DNA of 64,000 bases from Sminthopsis crassicaudata (lineage: Eukaryota): positions 534,474,465 through 534,538,464 of the forward strand of contig NC_133618.1 in NCBI RefSeq assembly GCF_048593235.1, in the 5' to 3' direction. The notes beneath the pieces were generated by a model that saw nothing but the letters and a program-made list of their open reading frames with translations, made no database searches and was not told where the DNA came from. Position numbers and translations under genes: made by a program. Of this stretch, positions 12,562 through 25,227 are shown piece by piece (within the stretch, counting starts at the first letter, position 1; every line of letters starts with the position of its first letter).

Positions 12562-12810
12562 GAAGCATCTGGGTGGCACAATGAATAGAATGGTGACCTT
12601 GCAGTCAGAAGGAATTCAGCTTCAGACACTAATTGTACAATCCTGAATAAATCACTTAATCCTATTTGCCTCAGTTTTCTCATCTGTAAAACTGGAGAAA
12701 GAAATGGCAAACTATTTCAATATCTTTGCAAAACAACAATAAGAAAAGAACCAAAACTCCAACTGGGGTCACAAAGAGGAGGACACAATTGATAAAACAA
12801 CTACAAACAT
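12562..12810 (+). mobile_element. Mar1-type SINE
   Basis: CORE plus CTGGAGAAAGAAATGGCAAAC...TATCTTTGC...GGGGTCACAAAGAG tail. Confidence 0.8.
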
Positions 12811-13109
12811 TTTGAAAACTTTCTATGAGGCTCGCCCTAGACTGGACCCTGCCTGCTTTCCATGGGAGCCTAGGGGTGACAATGGGGTGAAAGGAAATGG
12901 AAGCAGTGGCTGTCAGCCAAATGTGCTTCCCACTGGGACTACTTCCCAGCAGCCTCAGCTCCTTCAAATGAAAAATTATTTGGGGATGAAGGAAGAGACA
13001 GGAACAGAGGCCAGAACATGAGAAACAGTATAGTATAAAGAAAAAAGTCCTGACCTAGGTTCAAAGCCCAGCTCTGATGTTAATCATGTGACAGACATTT
13101 GGCAATCAC

Positions 13110-13510
13110 AGCATTACAGAATCTATGAGTGAGGGGAGACCTCAGTGGCCATCTAGACCTGAACAAGAATCTCCTTCATGTCCCATATGAAAAAATAGCC
13201 AGCCAGCCTCTGCTGGAAGATCTCCAGTGAGGAGAAACCCACTACTGTTAGCCTGTTCTTTGGGGGACAGCTCTGATTATTAGAAGTTTTTCCTATATTG
13301 AACCTAAATCTTCCTGTCTTCAAAATCAACCCACTGTTCCTGCTTCTGGGACCAAGAAGAAAAGTGTAATCCCTTTTCCATATAAAAGCCCTTCAAATAC
13401 TTAAAAACAGTTGTCATGTTTTCCTAAGTCTTGTCTCAGTATTCCTCTTTCCTTCAGTTAATATGGCATGGATGTAAGGCCTTCACCATCCTCATTGCCA
13501 TCTTCTCTAC
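13110..13510 (-). mobile_element. L3/CR1 LINE 3' fragment
   Basis: GACAGCTCTGATTATTAGAAGTTTTTCCTATATTGAACCTAAATC and CCCTTCAAATACTTAAAAACAG are antisense CR1 3' motifs. Confidence 0.7.
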
Positions 13511-13899
13511 TTTATCAATTTCCTTCATTTCTTTGAGTCCCAATTTTCCCCATAAAATAAGGATAATATTATTCACCTTAAATAACTGTTATGAGGAAAG
13601 TGTCCTATAAATTATTAAAAGAGAGAGGGTTTTTGTGATACAGTAGTATTTTGACTTATGGCAAACAGTTACTAGCCTTGAAATGTCAAGTTACCTACAT
13701 AGCATAATTAGAGCTACCAGAAAGACCTCTAAAACCAAAAATTTCTCTTCTTCCAAGATGCTTGAAATCCCAACATTGGAGATTTCTTTCTTTGTGTTAA
13801 GACATGCCTTTTTCAAGCTATTCTTTCAAAATTAAAATTCCCTGAAGAGAGAATCCCACGTTGAGTCACTCATAACTTAGCGTAAATGAATTTATCATA

Positions 13900-14850
13900 C
13901 TGGTTTCTTCTCCAATGGAGTTCAGAGGACAATGACTATTATGAGTGTAATAAGCAAAATGTTTCATAGACATTTTGAGAAATGAAAGTGCTGATAGGCC
14001 TGAGGCTATCAAGGAAGACTTCTTGGAAAGGGCAGGTCTTAGAGTAGGAAAAAGAGTTGTAAAAGCAGAGAAGAAATATTTTAGATTGAAAAAGGTAATA
14101 AAAAATAAAAAAGCAAAGTTATTTAAAAAACAATAGAATCTTTTCAAACAAGTAGTAGTCAAGTCAAGCTGGAGCAATCAAATTCAGTTTATCACACATT
14201 TAAGTACCTACTAGGTACAAAACAGTGTGTTTGAGATGACAAAAACCATAGAAATGAAACAACTCTTGTTCCCTAGGGGCTTATACTCTATTACAAGACT
14301 GCAATCTGAACACAAAGAAAGAAAGATGGAGAAAGGAAGAAGGCTACACCATAGGTAGAGCAGGGAAGAAAAGGCTGAGACTCAAAGGCAGATGAGTCTG
14401 AAAGGTAAAAGTCAGTAAGGAATATATTCCAGGTGTAAGAGAGTACTTAGGTTAGTGCTGAGAAGTAGGAAATGAAATCAGGGAATATCCAGGAGTCCAG
14501 TTTGACTAGAACATGATACTATTAAGGGGAGTAAAATAAATTAATTCTAGAAAGGTAAATTGTTGAGAGGCTTGAATTCTAGGCTAAAAGTGTGCCCATT
14601 TTATCCTAGAGGCAATGGGGAGTAGCACTGAAGGCTCTTTGAACCATAAAAGTGGCAAAGTTGGATCTAAATATTGTTTTGACATTTGAAAGAGGAAGAG
14701 ATTAGAAAGGAGAAAGACTAGAAACAAGGCTAGAAATTAGGATACTATTATGGTAGTTTTGGGGAAAATATATGAGGGGCTAAACTGAGGTAGTAACTTT
14801 CTGAACAGAGAGAAGGGGTCAAATGAGAAGCATATTGTTTAAAGAGGAGA
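13900..14850 (-). mobile_element. L2 fragment(s)
   Basis: Antisense L2 motifs (CATTTAAGTACCTACTAGGTACAAAACAGTG, GGCAATGGGGAG...CTGAAGGCTCTTTGA). Confidence 0.55.
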
Positions 14851-14869
14851 AGATGAAAGGAAAAACAGA

Positions 14870-14962
14870 AAAAGAGAGACAGAGGGAGGGAGAGGCAGAG
14901 ACAGAGACAGATAGAGAGACAGAGAGATAGAGACAGAGACAGAGACAGACAGAGAGAGAGAA
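14870..14962. repeat. (GAGACA)n/(GA)n microsatellite
   Basis: Direct repeat. Confidence 0.9.
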
Positions 14963-15329
14963 GCAGGGGAAGACACAAGAAGAATTGGACAGAGTAAGGG
15001 ACAGCCTCTGGGAGCCTCAGTGAGAAAAGCTAGCTCTAGATCAGGGATGACTGGATGAGGCCACAAGTCAAACACAATGTGCCGTCTGCTTTACTCAGGA
15101 CAGCCCCGTCTCAGGGCTCTATTTATCCAGTGAGGGGATTAGCCAGACCATCCCTAAGGTCCCATGTAATTGGAATATGGTTTTCCAAACACTCCCTCCC
15201 TTCCCAAGAGATAAGACTAGAGGACCAGGGTGGGGGAGAATTCATTTCTTCCAGCCTGGTGTGCTGGGGATGGGGGTAGGGAAGAGGAGAGACGAGCAAG
15301 AGGAACAAGAAAATTACAGTATCAGCATG

Positions 15330-15740
15330 GAAATGACAATACCAGGCGTCTGATTCACAGCGGAGTGTGACTAGTTTCTCTTTTTTATTTTTAGCCGCTA
15401 TTATGTTGAGGAAGGAGGCCTGCACTCATTAACCTGTAATGCCAAAGCTAACAACTGTGTTAAGCGGGGCCTCATGAATAAATCTTCCCCTCTGATTTGG
15501 TTATTTATAGCCTTCCCGCTGGTAAATTAATTATGTTTCATTTGCGCTGCTGGTAGGCAGCAGGTTTTGTTATATCAGGGCTCCCTGTCAGTGCCTGTTA
15601 CATGAAAGTAGGGAAATGGGCCAATTATGAGAGTTGGGGGACTGTCACTTCCAGGCCGGAAGAAAACTGACTTGGGCAGGGAGGCCGTGCGGCCTGGCAT
15701 TCGAGGGCATTCCTTCTCAGAGACCCGCTTCTGGTCACTT
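15330..15740. promoter_or_regulatory. Candidate enhancer with two MEF2-consensus sites
   Basis: YTAWWWWTAR matches at 15385-15394 and 15501-15510; TAAATTAATTA at 15523; about 10 CpGs. Confidence 0.45.
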
Positions 15741-15799
15741 CTTAATGCCCTTGAAGCTCACAAGGGAAAAATATTTGCAAGGTAGGGATATATAAAGTG

Positions 15800-16020
15800 G
15801 ATAGCTAGGTGACTCAACGGACGAGCACTAAGCCTGGAGATTCACTTCATTAGCTGGGTGAAGCTAGGCAAGTCATCTCACCCTGTCTGCCTCAGTTTAC
15901 TCATCTGTAAAATGAAAGAAAAGGCAAATCACTCCTGGATCTTTGCTAAGGAAACCCCAAATGGGATCACACTGAGTTGGACATGACTGAAGTGATTGAA
16001 TAACTACATCAACAACAATA
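15800..16020 (+). mobile_element. Mar1-type SINE
   Basis: CORE TGCCTCAGTTTACTCATCTGTAAAATG plus RTE-type tail ending AACAAC. Confidence 0.75.
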
Positions 16021-16689
16021 TACAAGGATGGTTTAACATGGGAGTTATAACAGAATATGACTCCTCTCCTAATATAGCTTCTATATATTTTTTTTTGTTT
16101 TTTGTTTTTTAGTGTTAAAAACCTGTCGATCAAAAGTGTTAAGAATGATAGAGTTTGAGAGGCCTGGCTTCTAATCCTGTCTTGATTTTTTTTGTTTGTT
16201 TGTTTCCCTAATTTAGCAAAGTATTTAGCACATATTAAATGCTTAACGAATGCTTGTGGACTGTTGACAATCCACAACATTCATTAGCTGTGTGGTCATA
16301 GATAAATTCCTTAATTTAAATTCCCACTGAGTTCCTAAATCTTTGTGAACCTCAACCTTCTTATCCATAAAATGGAATAACAAAACTTTTAGTTCTGATC
16401 TCATAGGGTTCTTGGAGGATCTGGAAAGTGCTTTGCCAACCTTAAAGCTATTATTATGAGGCTGTGCTAGGCCCTATGGTAAGATTGCCTTCAGGGAGCT
16501 TATGATATAGTTGGGAATAAATGACCCATGTTGAGGGTAGAAAGGGAAAGGGATAAGCATGTATGCAACTCCTACTCTGTGCAGGCACTTTTTACAAATA
16601 ATATCTCACTTGATCTTCACAATAACCTTCAAGGTAGCTGCGATTATCCTCACTTTATAGTAATTAGTTTGTGGTAGTAGATGATTGTC

Positions 16690-19600
16690 AGGGAAAATTA
16701 GCACCTCTGGGATGAGGACTTGCTGAGCCCCTTTCAGGGCTGCTCCTCCACCTTTGGTGTCTATCTGCCACCTACTTCTCACCTGTGGCTGTGGTACAGA
16801 CAGTGACCACATCCTGGGAAACCATGTTGGCAAACTGACTAAACCAGGCTGAGAGTAATCAAAGGGACTCAAATCCGTTGGTGAGTTGGAGGCGGGGGTC
16901 CACCTAAGCATGTGAAGTCTTCCTCTGAAGAAATAGGCAGATATGAACATTGTGTTCCAAGGGGCCATGAAGATGGCTGTGGAACGCTCAGAAATTAGGC
17001 AGAAATTGAAGATGTCATTGATCTAGTTTCCCAGGTTACGCCAGTCATTTTGACTTTTGTCCTGCCATTGGAATTTGATGAGTCTGGAAGACAATGAGGT
17101 TGATGACTTCACATAACTCACTTAAATCCATATTAAACACAAATCATGAGATCACCTTTACCATTTTACCATGTTTACATATCTCAAAAACCTGTGGTGA
17201 GAGGCAAGTGATGAAGCAGCAGATTCAGAAAAACTGAGAATTGTAGTCACAACGCTGACTGTAGGCCACCTGAGCCATAGGGTTGTCTTCTCACTGTGCT
17301 GAGGGAGCGGTGAGATTTGGCAGCCCCCTGGGCGTCTGAGCAGCTTTTTCGGTTCACCTCGTGACATGAAGAGCAGACGAAAAAAGAAGCCTTAAAAATT
17401 GTCTGCTTACCAAAGCTTGACTGCTTATTGTAGCAGGCAGGGATCCTACCTTTGAAACACACACAGGCACACACCCAATGCCCAAAAGTTTTTACTAGGA
17501 TGACTCCACTCTCCATTGGTACCTGGAATGTGCACATGCTTATGGACAATAAATCCCTGAAAGACTAATAGCTCTTGTTGTCAGAAAACTCAGCAGGTAC
17601 CACATTTAAAAAGCAGCCCTGAGTGAATTGGGGCTAGAAAGTGAAGGAAAGCTTACTGAAGTTAAAGCTAGAGACATGTTACTGTTTTTTCTAGAGTGAC
17701 CAAACTCATCTCCTACCAAAAGGAATGAACAGCAGACTCATGACAATGACTGCCTTTTGCAGAAAAATGCCACACCATCATCATCAGTGGTTAAACTCCC
17801 ATCATGGGGTCAAAGAAAAGCTTTATGAAGCCCTGGCCATCAGTGTGCTAAAAAGAGAACAAAATTGCAATTTGGCGTGGTGCCACAGTAAGCAGAGACA
17901 TGGCAGGGAGGCCCTGGGAGGAATGGAGTCAGAAACAGCCACAGCAACAATCGCCACTGAAGACTTGTACATCGCATTACCAATAATACTACATTTTATT
18001 TGCTTAAACATCATGGATTGACCCTTGTAGCAAACATTGACACTTAATAGACATTTAATAAATATCATTGTAAGAAGAAGAAACAGACAAGATGTGAGAG
18101 TGATGAAGGCAGAGAGTGCTGGACCAATCACAGACTTATCATCTCCAACCTAAATATTTACATCCAACAAAAGCAGCAGGATCCAGGCAAGACATTACCA
18201 GACAACTTAATATCAACAGATTAGAATGCTTCTCTGAGCATTAACATTGCTAACTTGGAGGGAAAGCTGAGTCTACATATGGTTGACAACAATGTAGTAA
18301 AAAGGATTGTGTATAGCACTATATTTATTCACAAACAGCAAGTTAGATTTGATAAAAATGAAGGGGAAATTCAGAAGTTGCTAATGAAAAATGATAACTC
18401 CACAGGATTTACCAGCAGGATAATTCATCTGTCTTTAAGAAGATAATGTTTAACTCCATCAAAAATAAAGTGAAAGGGGCAACTAGGTGGGGCAGTGGAT
18501 AGAGCACCAGCCTTGAATTCAGGAGGACTAGAGTACAAATCTGGTCACAGACACTTAACACTTTCTAGCTATGTGACCCTGGGCAAGTCACTTAACCCCA
18601 GCCTCAGGAGGGGAAAAAAAAAGTGAAAGCAGAGCTTTGAGAGATGCAGTATTCTTGGCTCAGTAAGAAGGCAGATGAAATTCAGTTTTATACTGATAGT
18701 AATAAGCCCTGAAGGCTATGGGCTAAAGTATTATGGTGCATCTCAACTAGTCAGAGGTGATGAAGCCACATTGATTAGTGATAAAGACATGATCCTGTAG
18801 AGATGGGTTGAACACCTCTATAGAGTTCTCAACAGGCCATCATTGACCATTATTGAAATCACTGACCAAATATCTTAGGTTGAAATCAATCCCTCTTTAG
18901 CTAAACTTCCAATTGAAGAAGTTTTGAATGTCATTTGACTCCTTTCATATGGCAAAGTCCTGGTGCCAATTCTATTCTAGCTGAGATTTACAAAACAAGG
19001 GGGTCCATTTCTCATGCAAAAGCTGACTGAAATCTTCCAGGTTCTAAAGTAAAAGGAGGTTTCCCCCCAGGAGTTCAAGAATGCTTCCATTGTCCATCTT
19101 TATATGGTGTTTCCTGTCTGACAATTCCAGGAGAAATGCTAGGAGCAGAACAAAGGTTTCTCTCCTAACATTCATTCATTTGATCAAGATTTTTGATAAC
19201 CATCATTTGTAAAGACTTGAGGAAGCTCATGGCAAATCTGATTGCCTGGAGAAGTCCTTTAGTCTTGGACATCAGTTTCATGGCAGTATGCTTGCATGGG
19301 TTCTAGATAATGCACAATGTTCCCACATTTTCCTCGTCACAATAGAGTGAAGCAGGATTGGGTGCTTATTTCCATGCTTTCTAGCATGATGTTTTCAGCA
19401 ATGTGATTGGATACTTTCCAAAAGGACAAAAGCAACATTAAGGTCAGCTACCACACTGACAGTAAATTATTTAGTTTGAAAAGGCTATGAACCAAGAAGA
19501 GAAAGTGGTGGAAAGTTGGTGCATAATTTTTTGTTCATAGATGATACTGCACTCAATGCAGCCTCTGAGGCAGAGATGCAACATAGTGTGGATTCATTCT

Positions 19601-20541
19601 CTGCTACTTTTGTTAATTTTGGCCTAACAATTAGCACAAAGAAAACAGATTCTCTAACAACCAGCACCACACCATCCATTCATGAAATTGTTAGTTACAG
19701 CAAATGGAGAGATTTTGAATGCTATGGATAAGTCCACATAGCTTGGCAAATACTTTCCGGGGATGTACACATAGATGATGAGATTGGCAGATGCATTTCC
19801 AGGGCTAGCTCAGTGTTTGGGAGGCTCTGAAGAAAAGTGTGAGAGAGGAAAAGTATTAGGTTGCCTACAAAATTAAAGATCCTCAAAAGTGTTGTGCTGA
19901 TGTCATTTTTGGTACAACTGTGAAACCTGGACAGTATAATTGGCTCAAGTCAGAAAATGGAATTGCTTACATTTAAATTGTCTTAGAAAGATCCTAAAGA
20001 TTACCTGGCATGATAAGGTACCAGACACTGAGCTCATTCTGGAACTAAACTGCTAAGCATTCAATCTCTACTACAGAAAGAGCAACTCTGATGGTCTGGC
20101 CATTTTGCTCAAAATTTTGTCAAGCATATTTGCCAAAACTATATATTCAGAGAATTTGCACAAGGCAAGCACTCACATGGAAAAGTGATACAAGGACATT
20201 CTCAAGGTCTCTCTGAAGAACTTTAGAGTCTATAGTGGGACACAGGAGACACTGGCACAGGACCACCCAACATGGCGTGCCCACATAAAAGAAGACATTG
20301 TGCTCTATGAACAAAGCAGAATTGCAATGGCTCCAATAAATAAACAAACAAAAACCCCATGAGATGCACAAATTGAAAAACATCTCCTTCTTCCCAGTCA
20401 AATAATCTATTTTGCCCAACTTATGGTAGAAACTTCTAAACTTGTATTGGTCCGATCAGTCACAACTGGAGACACTGAATCTTGATCCCAAGAAAGATGA
20501 TGTGATTTTGATCCTCTTTGAGCATGAAGGACAACAACCAA
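16690..20541 (+). mobile_element. Near full-length degenerate RTE-clade LINE (5' region, APE, RT, 3' end)
   Basis: APE start MTPLSIGTWNVHMLMDN at 17500-17550; RT motif LFIDDTAL...FGLTISTKKT at about 19531-19635; terminus GATCCTCTTTGAGCATGAAGGACAACAACCAA at 20541. Many stops and deletions. 16690-17160 may be the 5' UTR or a separate RTE-derived SINE. Confidence 0.9.
18476..18622 (+). mobile_element. WSINE1-type young SINE inside the RTE
   Basis: GGGGCAACTAGGTGG...CCCAGCCTCAGG plus A tail; TSD AAAGTGAAAG at 18467-18476 and 18620-18629. Confidence 0.9.
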
Positions 20542-20674
20542 GTGACTTGCCTGGGGAAGCATAGCTTATAATTGTCTGAGGCTGGATTTTAACTGAGCCT
20601 TTCCTGACTCCAGGGCCAGCACTATTCCTACTGTACCACCCAGCTGAAACTGCAATAAATGATAGCTAATATGC

Positions 20675-20905
20675 TGTTGTTCAGTAATTCTTAGTCATGT
20701 CTACCTCGACATGACCCCATTTGTGATTTTCTTGGCAAAGAAACTGAAATACTTCTTTATTTTCTTCTTCAACTCATTTTATAGAGAATAAACAACCAGG
20801 GTTAAGTGACTTGCCAGGATCACACAGCTAGTAAGTCTGAGGCCAGATTTCAACTTAGGAAGCTGAGTCTTCCTGACCTCAGGCCCAATGCCTGTCCACT
20901 GCACT
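20675..20905 (-). mobile_element. Mar1-type SINE
   Basis: Antisense GTTGTTCAGT...CATGACCCCATTTG...TTCTTGGCAAAGA...GGTTAAGTGACTTGCC. Confidence 0.75.
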
Positions 20906-22344
20906 CCTGTACCATGCTGCTGGAGGAAGGATAAATTGAGGAAGGCTTCTCAGAGAAGCTTGAGCGGGGTGTTGAAAGATGGGCAGGGGTTTCCTAGACC
21001 GAGGAGCAGGGAGAGTCCTAGAGGCCAAAAGAGGCTAATGTAGGATGGGAGTGTGAAACATTGGCAGAGACTCAGAATTCAGCATCCACAAGATGATTTA
21101 AGGAAGTGGAGAATGGCCTGGCTAAAACAGAAGAATACTTAGATGAGCATAAGCACAAAATTGGAAGAAACCTTAGAGATATTCTCATCCAACCTTTTCA
21201 TATTCCGGATGAACAAATTGAGGCCAAGAGGAATGAAATAGGGACTTTTCCAGGGTCAAATGACTAGTAGGAATCAGGAAAACTGGTACTCAGACCTTGT
21301 TTCAGACAATTATTATTAGCCCTGCAACCATGATCTGCCTTAATTTCTCATCTACAAAATTGGAATAATGTTAAGTTCTACCTCCCACAGTTAGCTGAAT
21401 GTAAATTGAGATAGTATATGTAAAGTATGTTGCAAATCTTAAAGCACTGTATAAATTTTGCTTAGTATTAATAAATAGCAGAGGCAAGATTAGAATCCAA
21501 GTCACCCAGGACTGCTTAATGGCTTTTTCCAATAAACCTTCTGTTTGTTTCAAATCTTTGTGATTCCCACTTTAGTTATCAGTTAGCACTAAAAATTGTC
21601 AGGATCAAGCTGCAGAATATCCTTTTCTATACACATGGCAGGTCCAAGCTGATGAAGTATTTGTTTTGCTGGGTCTTTGCCCATTAAACTAGTGAAATTA
21701 GAGCTCTTTGCTCAACGCCCAGCAAAGGGAATTTCTCACTAGGTACAGTCTTTGGTTCAAATCATAACTGGTTTCTCATCGAGTTCTGCAATGTCAAGGG
21801 ATGGGGAGAGGTTTTGGTTCTATTGTTTCAAGGAAAAGCTAAATTTTTTTTTTTTAAAAGGACACTTTAGGAAAGGGAAGAAATAATATGAAATCATTTG
21901 GAAACGACTGACCTACTGGGAAACACAAATTATACTCGAGATCTAGATAAAAAAAACTTACTCTCAAAACTGGAAAGGTCCTTAGATTCATCTACCTGCC
22001 TTAGAACTTCAACACTGGTATGAACAAATAGATCAGATCTGCAGGGAGGGAGATTCTGGACCCTCCCCACAAGTGTTGGTCTCCTCCCCCAACAAATTTC
22101 TCTTCTTCCTTTGAGCTCCTGGAACCCTGTATAGTCTACACCGTAGGATTGTCAATCAAGAGCTTCAAAGGCCCTCTAGTCTACTCATTCTCCTTCCAAT
22201 TTTATAAATAAGGAAATGAGGCTCATAGAGTTTAAATAGCTTCCCCAAAGTTACTCAAATATTAAATAGCACAACAGAATTTGAACCCATGTCTTTCAAC
22301 AAGAAATCCAGTATTCATTCCCTTGTCCTATGCTGTCATTTATC

Positions 22345-22822
22345 CAGAAAGTGTCATAAATGCAACCTGTTGAGTAGATCTGGCCCAACACTCCCAGGAG
22401 AGGCCAGAACCAGATTAAAATGTAATTAGGAAATATCTAGAAAAAAAATAAAATATAGGCAACATTACACTTCAAAACTAAGTTAATATGTGACTTATAG
22501 GGACCTGGTAAGGGACAGCTAATGGCACCATAGTGTACAGAGCATCAGGCCTGGATTCAGGAAGACCTGAACTGAAATCTGCCCTCATGCACTTAGTAGC
22601 TGTGTGATCCTGTCCAAGTCATTTAACTACTATTTACCTAAGTTTCCTCATAAAAATGGATATAATAGCACCAACTTCCCAAGATTGATGTGAAGACCAA
22701 ATGAGATAATAATTGTAAAACAGATAACCCAGTGCTTGGAACATAGTAAATACTATCTAAATATTAGTTGTTGATGTTAACAGAATGGTAGTGCCCAATT
22801 ATATCTGAGTTTGATACCACTG
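22345..22822. mobile_element. Non-autonomous hAT-like DNA transposon (MITE) split by a SINE
   Basis: Right end TGAGTTTGATACCACTG (rc CAGTGGTATCAAAC); decayed left end CAGAAAGTGTCA; internal CCAGATTAAAATGTAATT; no TSD visible. Confidence 0.5.
22512..22790 (+). mobile_element. MIR inside the MITE
   Basis: Head, CORE and GACCAAATGAGATAAT...GTGCTTGGAACATAGTAA tail. Confidence 0.75.
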
Positions 22823-22839
22823 ACTTAGTTCATTCACAA

Positions 22840-23160
22840 AATCACAGAATTTTAGAGTCTTAAGGGATGTCAGGTGCCATCTGGTCCAATCTAGAAAAGG
22901 AATTCTTTCTACAAAATAATGAATGGCCTTCTAAGCATTGCCTTCAACAGAGACACTCTTCCTGAAGCAGCCCATTCCATTTTAGAATAGTTCTAATTGT
23001 TTTAGAAAGTTTTAACTCATGTGATAGATATAATTGAGGGTGCCCTGATTTCACCCATGACAGTTACATCAAGTCTAAATTTGCCCCTCTGAAACTTTTA
23101 CCCTTTGCTCCCAGTTCTATCCTCTGGGGCAAAACAGGACATGTCCAATTCATTTTCCAT
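22840..23160 (-). mobile_element. L3/CR1 3' fragment
   Basis: CAGCCCATTCCATTTTAGAATAGTTCTAATTGTTTTAGAAAG; CCAGTTCTATCCTCTGGGGC. Confidence 0.65.
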
Positions 23161-23435
23161 ATCCATCCCTTGCCCACATGTATTGTGTTCCATGCCCATA
23201 CACGTTATTGGAGTGTTCCCTCTCCTATGGTATGATAATCTTCTGAAGAGAATGCTCCTTATTGTATAGGGAAGAGGAGTAGTGTGTGAATCTATCTTGT
23301 CCTTTGTTTTATTGAGCTATTTAATTTAATGTTTTTGAACTCATGGTGGTTAGTAAAAGAAACTAGTTGGTGGAGTCTTTGGCTTTGAATGGATCCCCTA
23401 TTAAATCTGGAATGGCTTAGAAAATGGCCCACTTG

Positions 23436-23850
23436 GAATGGCTAAACAAGTTGTGGTACATAAAGGTAACAGAATATTATTATTCTATAAAAGATGATGA
23501 ACAAGCTGGTTATAGAAAGGCCTGGAAAGATTCACATAAACTGATGCTGAGGGAAACAAGCAGAACCAGGAATGCATCATACACAATAACAAGAAGAATG
23601 TGAGATGATCAACTATGACAGACTTGGTTCTTCTCAGTGATTCAGTGATCCAGGCAATCCCAATAAAATTTGGATGGAAAATGCCATCTGCATTCAGAGG
23701 GAGAACTATGGAAACTGAATGTAAATCAAAACATGCTATGTTCACTTCTTTTTTCTTTTTTTTTTTTTTATCTTTCCCATTTTCCCCTTTGTTCCGATTT
23801 TTCTCTCTCAATATAACTCATAAAGCAATGTGTATTAAAAATAAATAAAC
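23436..23850 (+). mobile_element. L1 3' end
   Basis: EWLNKLWY...DLHELML region followed by 3' UTR and AATAAA. Confidence 0.9.
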
Positions 23851-25118
23851 TTACTCCAACTACAAAAAAATGGCCCATTTGTAAACTGAACCTATTAGGT
23901 GCTATATGTTTGGGGTTAGTTTTAATAAAACCATAGGATTTTAGAGTTGGAAATGACCTTAGAGGTCACCAAATTCCAACCTTGCATTTGACAAGTGAGG
24001 AAACTGAGTCCCAGAAAAAGAAACAGGCTTCCAAAAGGTCACACAGTTAATGGTAGAACTAGATTTAAAAACTAGTTCCCTTGACCTTGACTGAAACTCT
24101 TTCCTTGTCACCAGGACTGATCCCTATTTCTTTTACTCACAAAGATGCTGAGGGCCCCAAAAAAGAATTTCCAAAAACAGCAAGAGAGACAATGAACAAT
24201 CAATGTAGATCTAAAACCAGAAGGTGCCCTGCTTCTAACTGGATGTACTTTCTACTTCCCTACCTGTCTCTCTTAATAACAAGGAGATGTTCACAAATGA
24301 CCATTTGATGACACTTCCAATTTCTGAAATTTCTGAAAAAGGTGTCAGGTAAGTGAAAAGGTCCCTAAGGGAAATAATAAGTATACTCATTGCTGGCATT
24401 TGTACAGTGCTCTGTAATTATTAAATACTTTCATATAGACAATGCCATTTGACCTTCACTACAACCTGTGCAGTAAATCATGTAAGTATGATTATCTCCA
24501 TTTAGCAGAGATATTTAAGTGAGTTGTTAATAGTCACATAATCAGTGAAAGTGGTAAGAAAGACTCAAATTCACCTTTCCTGACTCCTACTGCAACACAG
24601 GCTGGGTAGGGGGCAGAGAAAGTGCCCTGGGGCAGTGCCCAAGGAAAGTGGGCAAATCCTGCCTACAAGCATGACCTCAAGTTCCTGGCATGCAAAGAGC
24701 TTCTCGTAATGAGTAGCAAGCTGGAGCTTCTGGTCCCTGATGAAAGAGCCTACTGCTGTAGAAAGATATTCACATCCAAAGGAGTTGTCAAATGCCTTCA
24801 CTATGCACCTTGAACAACCTTGCTAAGTATCAATGATTAGTCCTCATCAGCACTAATGATAATATGAAAATAACTACAATTAAAGCCGCCAAGTTTGGCA
24901 AGATTTTTGGCAGGGACTGTAAGAGTTGCTTATGGAGAACCCCCTGCTCCCTCCTCCCCATTGACCCCCACCTCTAGCCATTCTCAGATCCTTCAGAAGG
25001 AAGAGAAGTCATATTCCCCATTGCCTTCTTCACAGGTCTGCCACCCCCCAATCATTTCTAATGCAGAGGCCAAGTTTTCAGCCCAGCCCCCTGGCTGTAG
25101 GTAGGAGTTCTGTGCCCA

Positions 25119-25204
25119 CAATTACCTACTTATGCCTGCAATTTGCCATTTGCACCTTCAAAATAGAGTGCAACTGGCTAATTGCCAGTGCAATTAAGTA
25201 ATTG
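25119..25204. repeat. Imperfect palindrome, 37-bp arms with 12-nt loop
   Basis: 25138-25155 pairs with 25168-25185 (16/18); 25119-25128 pairs with 25195-25204 (9/10) about the same centre. Confidence 0.8.
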
Positions 25205-25227
25205 CGAGTGCAATTAGTATCTCCGGT

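Noticed and set aside
14786-14795. let-7-like TGAGGTAGTA
   Set aside because: Only 10 nt match, no hairpin partner, and it lies within an L2 fragment.
25084-25097. CTCF-like CAGCCCCCTGGCTG (a similar site at about 17322 lies in the RTE)
   Set aside because: Only about 10/14 match to the core; not supportable without a PWM scan or ChIP.
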